Of a stretch of 64,000 nucleotides of DNA, positions 46,510 through 58,739 are shown in pieces. Position numbers and translations under genes: made by a program. This DNA comes from Cyanophora paradoxa CCMP329. Lineage: Eukaryota; Plantae; Glaucophyta. Numbering within the stretch: the stretch's first letter is position 1; every line of letters begins with the position of its first letter. The DNA lies in the NCBI GenBank assembly GCA_004431415.1, contig QPMI01000154.1, positions 36,286-100,285 of the forward strand, written 5' to 3'. A model generated the notes under the pieces. The model was not told the origin of the DNA, did no database searches, and saw nothing but the letters and a program-made list of their open reading frames with translations.

Positions 46510-48427
46510 CTAGACGGCGGCGGTGTAGGGGGCCGGCTTGCGGGCGGCTAGCGCGAGCAGGTCCGAGTCCACCGCCTCGCACAGCGCGTACGCCCCTGCA
46601 GAGGAGGCGGCGTCAGCCTCCAGCTCAGCGCGGGGCCGGGCGGGGCCGGGCCGGGCGGGGCGGGGCGGCGAAGCGGGGTGGGGCCGGGGGGCGGGGCGGG
46701 CGGGGCGAGGCGGGGCGGGGCAAGTGGGCGGGGCGGAGTAAGCGGGGTGGGGCTTGGGCGGGGCGGGCGGGGCGGGGCGGGTCGGGGCCGGGCCGGGGCG
46801 GGGCAAGCGGGGTGGGGCCGGGGTGGCGGGGCGGGGCGGGGCGGGGCGGACCGTAGGCGGCGAGGCCGAGGGCGACGATGGCGAGGGCGAAGTAGACGGT
46901 GAGGAAGCTTGGGTACCCGAACGTGAAGCAGGCGGCCCCCGCGTTGCAGGCCGCCGCCATCCCGAGCGCCGCCAGGTGCAGCAGCGCGCCCGCCAGCACG
47001 AAGAGCACCGCCCGCTGCGCACGCGCGGCGCTCAGGGGCCGAATTCTTCGAAGAGGTTTTGGCGGGGGCAGGCACGGGGGCGCGCCCGCGGGTTGGAGGG
47101 CTCCTTGGAGGCCTGCGTCAGGCGGTACACGCTGCACAGCGCCACCGCCGCCTGCGGTTGGGGAAAGAGGGGGAAGATGCGTCAGGGGGTACGGGGATTC
47201 TCTACTCAGGGGAGGGGTACACGCGCCTCAGCGGCGAGGCCCCAGTAGAAAGCGAGCCGCTGGCTCCGCGAGATGAGAACGAAGCGCACGACCAGCGCCA
47301 GCGACTGCGCGAGGGGGCGCCGTGCGCCGTCACGGGGCAGTGGGGTACAGTACAGAAGGGGGTAGGGGCGCCGCACGACGACGAAGGGTACGAGGATGGC
47401 GGCGATGAGGCGCTGCGGGCAGCGGCGGCTCAGGGAGGAGGGGGGGAGGAAGCCGCGGGGGGTACGGGGCGCGCGCCTTGTGGACGGTGAATGCGACTAT
47501 TAGGCCGAAGGCGACCCACGCGCCCCGCGCCAGGATGCCCGCCACCTCCGCTGGAATACACTGAGATAGGAAGGGAGGGCTGATGCGTGGAGGGCCTAGG
47601 CCTAGGGGGCCGGACCGACGGCGGCGGAGCGGGAGAGGCCGAGGGGCCCCGGGCCGCTTGAGGCGGGGTCCAGCGCGTGCCCGAAGGCGAACGTGGCCAC
47701 CGTCGAGATCAGCCTGCGCGCACGCGCCCGGGGCGCCCGGGGCGCCGCCGCGCTCGGCCCAGGGCCGGCCTGGGCGGGGCGGTGGGGCGGCCGCGGGCCG
47801 GGCGCACATGGAGACGGAGAAGAAGAGAGCCAGCGCCTTCGCCTGCTCGCCCGCCCGCCCGCCCGCCACGGCGGGACATCGGATCGCTCACCGGGCCGGG
47901 CGGGGCGGGGCGGGGCGGGGCGGGGCGGGGCGGGGCGCACGCTGTGGCGGCCGTCGATGGAGGGGTTGGAGCGGACGGCCCACCACTTGGCCGCGCCGAC
48001 GACGCCGCAGACGAAGTAGAGGAAGCCCAGCACGTACGCCAGCTTCCAGTCCAGGCCCACCGGGTCTGCGCACGCGTCGCCCCCGATCGGACCGCGCGTT
48101 GTTGACCGTCGGTTGGCTATAGCTATGGGAGCCTGGAAGGCTAGGAGCTGGGTCGGCGGAGCGGCTAGGCGAAGAACAGGCGGCTCCGAGACTCTGTTCG
48201 AAAGGCGCTCCCGTGCTAAAGCTCTCTCGGCTATGAACTCGGAACAGGAGCGAAGGCGGGAGTTGGCGCGCGAGCTGTGTCAACAGGTCGCCGTGGGCGG
48301 TCCGACTACATGCTAACGTATAAGCCACGCGAGGAAAAGCGCGGCGCGGCACGGAGATGAGCGGCGGCGAAGGGATCGTCGCTGCCGATTTGGATCCGGC
48401 GGGTGAGGGAGAAATCGCACCCGCCAT
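46510..48427 (-). CDS. Multipass (about 7 TM) membrane protein; first exon uncertain (secure coding begins ~48065)
   Basis: TM exons LAYVLGFLYFVCGVVGAA, ALALFFSVSM-LISTVATF, GILARGAWVAFGLIVAF, LIAAILVPFVV-SLALVVRF, FYWGLAAEA-AAVAL, VLFVLAGALLHLAALG, FLTVYFALAIVALGLAAY; the ATG at 48427 is a guess (ATGGCGG|GTGCGA). Confidence 0.7.
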
Positions 48428-49222
48428 TCCGCAAAGTTGCGTGCTACTGATCGACGCTCCGCGCACGCTCCTCTCGTTCGGGCTTTGCACGCCAACTGCA
48501 CTGGTGCGGGTACGCTGAACTCTCAAAGGATTAGCTGTACCCCATCAACGAAAACTAGCCACGAGTTTTCATGGTCGGTTCGATTTCGTGAGGTCGAGAG
48601 CTTCAGCGGACCCGAACTCAAATCAGTCTCAGAGTCTCATAAATGATGATTTCATTATAAAATCGATTTAAGATTATGATGGTTGTCTCGCGTGGGATTC
48701 GGAGGAATCGGAGGCTTTCGGAGCCCGATCATCTACGATTGTTCTTCACTAGCTCTTGTATTATTAAGTTGTATACCGTATACGTAGGGTCCAACCGTCC
48801 AACCGTCCAAGTTGGATTCCCGGCCGGCGCGGCGGCGCCGCGGCCGCGGATGATGCGGCGGATCCCGGGATTCCCGCCGCAATTTCCCGGCACGTCGACG
48901 TCCTCGCGGACCGTCAAATCAACGAGTACCCCGCCTGACCTGCAAGCTCATCTTTGTCGGCGCCTGCAGCTGCAGGCTCATATCCAGCAGCAGCAGCAGG
49001 CGCGGTGCAGCTGCAGCTGCCAGCCTGGCAGCACAGGTCTCGAGACCAGGCCTACTAGGCTACCGGTATACGTGCCACGGTGGTCGACGCCAGCAGCAGC
49101 AGAAGCAGCGCGTTTCGTTGTGGCGCCAGCGGGACGGTGTCAGTTAGAACCCCCAGTTGCTCAGCTTGAGCGACTCGGCGAGAGCGCTCGCACAAAGAGC
49201 AGGCCTCTTTCAAATCGTTCGA

Positions 49223-52200
49223 ATGGCTGCCCGCGGCGCCCGCACCGGCGCGCTGGCGTTGCAATTGGGCCTGTTGCTCGCCCTCGCGGCCGCGGCCTCC
49301 GCCGCCGAGGCTCCCCAGTGCAGCGAGTTGAAAGCTACGAGCGGCAACACGGTCAGTCGCTAGACCGCGCGCGGTGATAAGACCATTCCCCTCCCCCCGC
49401 GGGCGCTCTGACCGCGCCCTTCTTCCAGGCGCAACTGACGCTCGCGACGAACGCGACGTACACGCGCTCGTTCCTCGCTTCCAGCACACAGAGCATGTCG
49501 GTGGAGTTCTGGGTGAAGCTCGAACGGTTCTCTTCAGTGGTCCCAGTATATTCAACCGAATACAACTTCCTTCGCGCCGAGTCTTCGGATTTTAATGACC
49601 CCAATGGCCGCACCTATTTTCTCGCTAGAGGTGCCCCTCCAGAGCCTTCCTCCTTCCCCGCCCCCTCTGACACCCGCCCGCGGCCACGTCGCCAGCGGCA
49701 AAACTGGCTGGAGGCGGCGCGGAGATAAGCATGGAAACGAGGGGAATGCCGCCCGCGTCCTTCACGCCGACGGACCTCGCTGCGTACGAGTACTGGACGC
49801 ACTTCGCCTTTGTTGTCTCCGTGGACCCGAACGCGTTTCCCGGCACCACGACCGCCGTCATCTACGTGAACGGCACCGCAGCGGGTTCCGCCGTGCCCAA
49901 CGCAAACTACCCCCTACCGGCTACGGACAGCATCCCCGCGCTTTCGTGGATCTTCACGTCCGAGAACACCCCGAATGCAGTTGGGCCCGTTGCACGCGAC
50001 GTGAGCGCTCCCCCTGTCTGCCGCTCTCAGGCCACGCCAGCGCTCCCTGCTGACTTTGAGGTTTCACTCAGATCCGCGTCTGGGGCCGGGCGCTGTCCGC
50101 CCAAGACATGACGGACCACCGCTACCGCCGCATCCGGGCGGTCTCGGACAGCTACGCCGCCGGCTTCCCCGACCTCAAGATCAACAGTGCGCGGCTCGCT
50201 CAGCTCGACTGACCGTCGGACTGATCATGAGAGACTGACTCTCCCCCTTCGGCCCGCAGTCCCGCTCGACGACGGCACGCCGGGTGCGGAGGTCCAGTCC
50301 CCGTCCGTCGTGAACGACGTGGACTGCACGGCCCTCACCGCTACTGCTGGCACTACATATATCTGGACGGCGTCGGCGGCCGGCTTCTGCGGCCTCCTCA
50401 CGGGCGGCGTCCCCGACGCGGCCGCCGTCGCCGCCGGCTGCACCTGCGGCGAGTGCCCCCAGGACCCGCCCCGCGCGGAGAGCCCCGCCGGGCCCGAGCC
50501 CAAGTGCTACCCGCCGCCCCCGGACACGGTCCTGACGACGAAATACCAGGTGCGCCCTCCGGGGCCCGCGGCCCCGCCCCCCCTGCCCTCTGCCCCCTGC
50601 CCACGCGTACGTCCGCGCCCGCGGCCGCGCTTGCCGCCAGGTCACGTGCCCGCCGAACGTGACGATCTCGCGGGTGGGGCCCGTCAACGTGACCGTCGGC
50701 GGCGCCGAGAAGCCCCTCTGTGGCGCCCGCATGCCCGACCTCCGCTTCCTCATCGCCGGTACCCCCCGCCCGCCCCGCTTTGAAATTTGATCCGCGGCCG
50801 TCGCCTTCCTGATGCGGGGGCGTCGGGGCAGGGAACTGGTCGGAACCGCGCGTGAACATCACGCAGGAGCCGCGGCAGGGCAGCTTCCTCCCGATGCACC
50901 ACGCGGCGGCCGCGACGAGCCCCGAGTGGGCCGCCCACGCCGCGCCCACGGCGCCCGGCGGCGTCCGCGCCACAATCACCGTCCACAACCCTACCGACGC
51001 CGTCCGCCCCGCCCCGCCCCGCCCCGCCGTTCTAGATCTCCGTCCCGCCCGAACTCTTAACGGGTCGGGCCTCCACAGCTAAGCCACCTTAGCCTGTCTC
51101 TTCGCCCCGCCCTTCGCCGCCCCGCCGCCCCGCCCCGCCCCGAAGTCTGACGGGTCGCGATGGCGGCAGGGCCCGGAGGGCGAGTGCTCGTTCGACATCG
51201 TCGTGGGGGCGCCCGGCGAGGGCCCCCCGCTCTGCCCGGGCGCCTGCCCGCCCCCCGCCGTCGCCGTCCCCGTCGACCCGGCGACCTGCGCCGCCACGGT
51301 CCCCGACCTGCGGCGCAACCTCACGCTGGCGGCCCCCGACTGCATCCCGCCCTCGCCCGTCCTCGAGGCGGACTACGTGCAGGAGGGCGAGGGCGAGAGC
51401 GAGGGTGTCGAGCCCGGCGCGGTGTGGCAACTCGCCGGGCCGCCGCCCTACGCCAAGGAGCTCCGCCTCCGCCACGACGGCTTCCCGAAGGGGCCCTCCT
51501 GCCCCGTCCGCCTCGTGGTGCGCGCCCCCGAAATCGCCTTCGTGCACGTGGTCAGACTGTTTTGTGACGCCGGGCGGGGCGGGGCGGGGCAGGCGTACCT
51601 CGAGCGGCCGAGCATCAGCTGGACGCCGTCCCTCGCCGGCCCCGCCGACGCCCTCAGCGCGGCCGCCGTCGACGCCCTCGGCGCCGACCCCGCCCCCGCC
51701 GACTGGGCCCGCCAGCTCACCGCCGAGTGCGCTCGAGCCGCCCCACCCCGCCCCGCCCCGTCTAACAAAGCCGGCGCAGGGTCGCGGGGGTCTGCCCCTG
51801 GCTGCTGCTGCAGCAGTGCACGGCGCGCGTTCGCGTGGAGGTGAACCCCGCGCTGGGCGTGGCCGGGCCCGACGTGGACGCGGCCGGCAACTTCACGTTC
51901 GGCGCCGGCCGCCGCGCCTGGTCCCTCTCCACGGCGGGCGCTGCCCTCGCGGGCACATTCAGCCGCGAGGTACCCCAGGCCTACCTCGACGCGTGCGCTG
52001 CATCTGTACCCCCTCCAGCTTCACCCCCGGCCCGGCCTCACGCCCCCCCCCCCCCCCCCCCAACGCACAGCGCTAACATCGAGCCGGGCACCGTCCTGCG
52101 CACCTACGTCGTCACCCTCACCTGTGCGCTCGCCCCTCGCTTGAAATTCGGAAGCTCGAGGCTTGTTTCTAGGAGCTGAAGCGCCGGCCCTGCGCGCAGG

Positions 52201-52354
52201 CGCGTTCAACAAGGGGGCGCCGGAGCCTGCGCGCCTCTCCCTGACCTCCCTCGCCCCCGTCCGCGTCGAGATCGTCAAGCCGGGCCCGGCCCAGACCCCG
52301 GCCCCGGCCCCGGCGGAGCCGACGGCAGAGCCGACGCAGACCCCGCTGCCGTGA
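49223..52354 (+). CDS. Secreted LamG/concanavalin-A-like lectin-domain protein with Cys-rich/HYR-like C-terminal modules, copy A
   Basis: Signal peptide LALQLGLLLALAAAASA; SVEFWVK...WTHFAFV...IYVNG...D-IRVWGRALSAQD LamG signature; P/T-rich tail; TGA at 52352-52354. Confidence 0.85.
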
Positions 52355-52978
52355 GGCGCTCCGAGGCCCCACAGGGGGAGGGTGGGGGGCGTGCGGGCGG
52401 GCGGCCGGAAGCGTCGAGCGCCCCACCCGCCTTCTCCCCTCCGCTCCCGCGGCGCAGCTGCTGCGGCCGCGGGCTCCCCGCGCGCTGTCCTCCTCCTCCT
52501 CCAGAGGGAAGAGGGCGGTTGACGTTTAGTTTGAGGAGCATCGCTGTTGGCTACCTGTAGAGTACAGAATCATTGAATTGGTATTGTGCCATGGTAGTGT
52601 CGATTCAATAGGAATTCATTGCTTTTTACACCGATGCGCGAGGGCCTCTCTTGCGGGAGGCCACAAGCTCAAGCACAGTTCAATGATCGAAGATCTAGCT
52701 ATAGATCAATCTAGATACTGTCATATAAGACAATTGCAACTAGTTGGCGGGGCGAAAAGGAATTAGTAATCGCGGTCAATCGAACTACTCGATTGCGCAC
52801 TGACATGCGAGCTCGAGACGAGAAGAACAGCTGAGCTGTACAAGAGAAGCCAAGCTGTACAAGAGAAGAAGAAAGCTGAAGGACGATGCACACAACAAGC
52901 TTCGAAGCTTCCCCCCACAGTTAGGCCTAGAGCGGGCGGAGGCGCGGCCCGGGGCCGCTGGCCCGCCGGGCGGGGCGG

Positions 52979-53788
52979 CTAGGCGGCAAGGGCGGCGCGG
53001 GCGGCGGCGAGGGCCTCGTCGAGGGCGGGGCCCCGGCGAGGGCGGCAAGTCCGGCCCGCAGCGCCCGCCGCCCCTTCCCCGCGCTCAGCTCCCACTCTTC
53101 CGCGCCCTGCGCCCGCCCGCCCGCCCCAGATCAAATTCGAGATCAAATCGAGGCCTAGGCCGGGCCGGGCCGGGGGCGCACGCGTCGCAACGGGCGTCGA
53201 GGAAGGCCAGCGCCAGGGCCGTGGCCCACAGCTCCGGCGCCCCCGCCAGCCCCGCCCTGCCCGGCGAGGTCAGGCGGGGGCGGGGCGGGTCGAAGCTGCG
53301 GGGGCGGTTCGGGGCGCACGGGGCGGCGGCGGCGGCGAGGGCGGCGAGGGCCGGCCGAGGGCGCGCGCGAGGGCCTCGGTCAGCGCCCACGTGCCGACGG
53401 CGCCCTGCGCGCCGGGGTCAGCAGTGCTGAGGCCGCGGGCGGGAGGGAACGGGCGGGGCCGGAGGGGAAGGGGCGTGCCTGGAGGAGGACGACGGCGTCG
53501 TGCGGGCGCTCCTCGTCGCTCGCGGAAGGCTCGCGCTCGCGCTCGCGCTCCATCCGCAGGTACGCGGGCGGCGCCCCGCCCGGCGCCGCCGGCGCCGCCG
53601 ATGCGCAGGGCGCCATCGCGCAGGGCGCCGGCGGCGGCGGAGGCATCGGGCAGGGGGCGGGGCGGGCGTCCCACATCCCCTCGTCCGCCTCGCGCGATCG
53701 GCCGCGAGCTCGGCCTCGGGCTTGGGCTCGCAGGGCGCCGCCATCATCAGCGGGCGCTGCCCCGCGCGCGCTCGTCGGCCGCAGTCGG
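52979..53788 (-). pseudogene. Orphan duplicate of the 3' exons of the VIT-vWA gene
   Basis: HDAVVLLQ, GTWALTEALARALG, LWATALALAFL, EEWELSAGKG; near-identical to 58740-59544 but lacking the VIT and vWA exons. Confidence 0.85.
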
Positions 53789-54092
53789 GTGAGAAGCGGG
53801 CACTGCGGCCGGCGATGCAGCGCGGTGCAGCACCAAGGATGAGGAAAAGCGCGGGCATGCGCAGAGATTGCCGCTGACTCGCTTCGCTCCGGCGGGTGCG
53901 GGAGAAATCGCAACCCCCATTCCGCGAAGTTGCGAGGTGCTGATCGACGCCCCGCGCATGCGAGCCACTGCCGCTGGCGCGGGTACGCTGAACTCTCGCG
54001 GAATTAGGTGTACCCCGTTGACGAAACTCGGCACGAGTTTTCATGCATGGTCGGTTTCATGGTCGCGATCGGGCTCATATACCCGGGTACTA

Positions 54093-54338
54093 CCGTAGAC
54101 GACTTATATACCGCGCTGACTTAACTACTGCGCTACCAAATTACCGCGCTCAAAAGTTTTATAACGCGGTAATTTGGTAGCGCGGTAATTGTCTTTTGCT
54201 CAGATTTGCTAACACTTTTGTATGGGCCGTACCCCAAATTGATGAAAACGCGCTAATTTGGTGCCGCGCTAAAGCGCCTACCGGCGCCGAAATTTTAGAA
54301 CGCGGTAATATGTGACGCGGTATTTAAGTCGTCTACGG
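54093..54338. mobile_element. MITE (246 bp), Tc1/mariner/pogo-like, TA target duplication
   Basis: TIR CCGTAGACGACTTATATACCGCG ... CGCGGTATTTAAGTCGTCTACGG (1 mismatch in 23); TA at 54091-54092 and 54339-54340; internal TACCGCG/CGCGGTA repeats; not seen in duplication copy A. Confidence 0.92.
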
Positions 54339-54651
54339 TACGGCGGGCCAGCAGCAGAGCTGCAGTGCCACGGTGCAGCAGCAGAGAGGCACTGGCAGGC
54401 AGCTGTACCGGCGTACCAGCCGCAGCCTGCAGCCTGCAGCTGCTTAAGCTTGCAACGCCGAGTCGATCAGGAAGGAACTTAAGCTTCGGAACGGGTTTCG
54501 TGGCGCTCGCCGAGTCGATCGGGAAGCAACGCGTTAGCGGGTTTCGTGGCGCCATCAGAACGGTGTCAGTTATATTAGAAACATCAGTTGGTCAGCTTGA
54601 GCGAGAGCATTCGCACACGTACGCGTGCCAGGCCTCTTTCGAATCGTTCGA

Positions 54652-55533
54652 ATGGCTGCCCGCGGCTCCCGCACCGGCGCGCTGGCGTTGCAATTGGGCC
54701 TGTTGCTCGCCCTCGCGGCCGCGGCCTCCGCCGCTGAGCCGCTCCCGTGCAGCGAGCTGAAGTCGTCTAGCGGTGTGCCTTCGACGTCCACGGTCAGTCC
54801 GAGTTGGTAGCTATAGACCACGCGCGGTGATCCGATCATTCCCCTCCCCCGCGGGCGCTCTGACCGTGCCGGGCGCCCCGGCCTTCCTCGTCCAGATGCG
54901 CCTGACGCTTGCGACGAACGAGACCTACACGCGCTCGTTCTACGCTTCGACCACGCGGAACATGACGGTCGAGTTCTGGCTGAAGCTCGAACGGTTTTCT
55001 TCACTGCAACTAGGCTCAGGCTCCCCGGCTGGCGATATAGCCTCATCCGCTTTCCTTGAAGCCGTGGTTTCGAATTTTAATATAGAAGACCCCACTGGGC
55101 CCACCTATTTTCGTGCTGAAGGTGCCCCTCCAAGGCCTTCCTCTTCGGAATTCCCCCGCCAGCTCTGACAACCGCCACCTCGCCAGCGACAAAGTACATT
55201 AACCCCGAATTAGGAGTCGCCGAACAGCAGATAAGCATGTATACGAGGGGAATGCCGGCCGCGACCTTCGCACCGACGGACCCCGCTGCGTACGAGTACT
55301 GGACTCACTACGCCTATGTCTTCTCCCTGGACATGGCGAACCCCTACGGCGTCGGCTCGGGCACGCGCGGCACCATCTACGTGAACGGCACCGCAATGTC
55401 TTCCACTGGGCCCAACGCAGATGGCCAGTTGTCCCAACCGGCGACGGACAGCATTCCTTCGCTTTCGTGGTACGTATATACTTCACGTCCGTGAACAGCC
55501 CGAGTACCATTGGGCCCGTTGCACGCGACGTGA

Positions 55534-55574
<41 letters not shown>

Positions 55575-57922
55575 TACCGCTCTCGAGACACGCTCGAGCT
55601 CCCTGCTGACCTTCAGCTTTCACTCAGATCCGCGTGTGGAGCCGGGCGCTATCCGCCCAAGACATAGAGGGCAACCGCTACCGCCGCATCCGGGCGGTCT
55701 CGGACAGCTACGCCGCCAGCTTCCCCGACCTCAAGATCAACAGTGCGCGGCTCGCTGCAGATCGCCCTACCCGCGCGACTGACTCTCTCCACTCGCAGTC
55801 CCTCTGGACAACGGCGTGGGGGAAACGGGGTACCCGGTCGTCGTGAACGACGTCGACTGCACGCCCCTCTCCGCTAACTACGGCCCTGTGTACACCTGGA
55901 CGGCGTCGGCGGCCGACTTCTGCGGCCTCCTCACGGGCGGCGTGCCCGACGCGGCCGCCGTCGCCGCCGGCTGCACCTGCGGCGAGTGCCCCCAGGACCC
56001 GCCCCGCGCGGAGACCCCCGAGCCCCGGTGCTACCCGCCGCCCCCGGACACGGTCTTGACGAAGAAGTACCAGGTGCGCCCGCCCGGGCCCGCGGCCCCG
56101 CCCTCCCTGTCCCCTGCCCACGCCCACGCTCGCGCCCGCGCCCGCGCTTGCGGCCAGGTCACGTGCCCGCCGAACGTGACGATCTCGAGGATCGGGCCCG
56201 TCAACGTGGCCGTCGGCGGCGCCGAGAAGGCCCTCTGCGGCGCCCGCATGCCCGACCTCCGCTTCCTCATCGCCGGTCCGCCCGCGCCCTCCCGCCCCGC
56301 CCCCCCCCCCCCCCCCCCCCCCCCCCCCCTTCTTCCTGCCCCCCTCTCCCTCCCTCGTTCCGCTTTGATGCGGGGGCGTCGGGGCAGGGAACTGGTCGGA
56401 CCCGCGGGTGAACATCACGCAGGAGCCGCGGCAGGGGAGCTTCCTCCCCGTGCACCACGCGGCGGCCGCGACGAGCCCCGAGTGGGCCGCCTACGCCGCG
56501 CCCACCCCGCCAGGCGGCGTCCGCGCCACCATCACCGTCCACAACCCCACCGACGCCGTCCGCCCCGCACCGCCCCGCCCCGGCCCGCCCCGCGCCGCCC
56601 TGCCCGAACTCTCAAAGGGTCGGGCCTAGGCCTCCACACCTAAGCCACCTTAGGCTACCTCTTCGCCCCGCCCTTCGTCGCTCCGCCGCTCCGGCCCGGC
56701 CCGCTCCGAACTCTGACGGGCGGCGATGGCGGCAGGGCCCGGAGGGCGAGTGCTCGTTCGGCATCGTCGTGGGGGCGCCCGGGGAGGGCCCCCCGCTCTG
56801 CCCGGGCGCCTGCCCGCCCCCCGCCGTCGCCGTCCCCGTCGACCCGGCGACCTGCGCCGCGACGGTCCCCGACCTGCGGCGCAACCTCACGCTGGCGGCC
56901 CCCGACTGCGTCCCGCCCTCGCCCGTCCTCGAGGCGGACTTCGTCATAGAGGGCGCCGAGCCCGGCGCGGCGTGGCCCCTCGCCGGCCCGCCCCCCTACG
57001 CAAAGGACCTCCGCCTCCGCCACAGCGGCTTCCCCAAGGGGCCCTCCTGCCCCGTCCGCCTCGTGGTGCGCGCCCTCGGATCGAATCGTGCGGACTTGAG
57101 ATTTTATGTATGTAATCTGACGCCGGGCGGGGCGGGGCATGCGCAGGCGTACCTCGAGCGGCCGAGCATCAGCTGGACGCCGTCCCTCGCCGGCCCCGCC
57201 GACGCCCTCAGCGCGGCCGCCGTCGACGCCCTCGGCTCCGACCCCGCCCCCGCCGACTGGGCCCGCCAGCTCACCGCCGAGTCCGCTCTCACGCGCCCCG
57301 CCCCGCCCCGCCCCGCCCCGTCCAACAAAGCCGGCGCAGGGTCGCGGGGGCCTGCCCCTGGCTGCTGATGCAGCAGTGCACGGCGCGCGTTCGCGTGGAG
57401 GTGAACCCCGCGCTGGGCGTGGCCGGGCCCGACGTGGACGCGGCCGGCAACTTCACGTTCGGCGCCGGCCGCCGCGCCTGGTCCCTCTCCACCGCGGGCG
57501 CTGCCCTCGCGGGCACCTTCAGCCGCGAGGTACCCCAGGCCTACCTCGACGCGTGCGCCGCACCTGTACCCCCTCCAGCTTCACCCCCGGCCCGGCCTCA
57601 CGCCCCCCCCCCCCCCCCCCCCCCCCCCCCACGCACAGCGCTAACATCGAGCCGGGCACCGTCCTGCGCGCCTACGTCGTCACCCTCACCTGTGCGCTCG
57701 CCCCTCGCTTGAAATTCGGAAGCTCGAGGCTTGTTTCTAGGAGCTGAGGCGCCGGCCCCGTGCGCAGGCGCGTTCAACAAGGGGGCGCCGGAGCCGGCGC
57801 GGCTCTCGCTGACCTCCCTCGCCCCCGTCCGCGTCGAGATCGTCAAGCCGGGCCCGGCCCAGACCCCGGCCCCGGCCCCCGCGGAGCCGACGGCAGAGCC
57901 GACCGAGACCCCGCTGCCGTGA
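54652..57922 (+). CDS. Secreted LamG-domain protein, copy B; probably frameshifted at ~55471 (possible pseudogene)
   Basis: Same exon layout as copy A (TVEFWLK, WTHYAYV, IYVNG, IRVWSRALSAQD); 8 extra nt inside the LamG exon give a premature TGA at 55492-55494. Confidence 0.8.
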
Positions 57923-58739
57923 GGCGCCCCTCGGAGGCTCGTCGAGGGGAGGGCGGGGGCGTGCGGGCGGGCGGCCGGAAGCGTCGAGCGCCCCACCCGC
58001 CTTCTCCCCTTCTCGCTGCTGCGGCCGCGGGCTCCCCGCGCGCTGTCCTCCTCCTCCTCCAGAGGGAAGAGGGCGGTTGACGTTTAGTTTGTGGAGCATC
58101 GCTGCTCTTTTTTTTTGATATAGTTAAGTTAACATTAGGCTTTTTTCCCCATGACACGTACGGTGTGCCTACGTAAAATGCGTTTCGCATTTCGATTCGT
58201 TCCATAGTCCATGATCGACCGCCGAGTCGGCGCCGACCGGGCGCCGTTACGTGCCGAGCCAGAGCCTCGGCCCTGGGGGCGCACCTTAAAAGTGTCCCCG
58301 TTGCGCATGCGTGCACAGCTACCTGTAGAGTACAGAATCATTGAATTGGTATTGTGCCATGGTAGTGTCGATTCAATAGGAATTCATTGCTTTTTACACC
58401 GAGGGCCTCTCTTGCGGGAGGCCACAAGCTCAAGCACAGTTCAATGATCGAAGATCTAGCTATAGATCAATCTAGATACTGTCATATAAGACAATTGCAA
58501 CTAGTTGACGGGGCGAAAAGGAATTAGTTAACGCGGTCAATCGAGCTACTCGATTGCGCACTGACATGCGAGCTCGAGACAAGAAGAACAGCTGAGCTGT
58601 ACAAGAGAAGCCAAGCTGTACAAGAGAAGAAGAAAGCTGAAGGACGATGCACACAACAAGCTTCGAAGCTTCCCCCCACAGTTAGGCCTAGACCGGGCGG
58701 AGGCGCGACCCGGGGCCGCTGGCCCGCCGGGCGGGGCGG

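Noticed and set aside
48452-48575. Hammerhead ribozyme (CTGATCGA ... CGAAA) in the four-hairpin element
   Set aside because: Stems I and II cannot be formed around the core in either copy.
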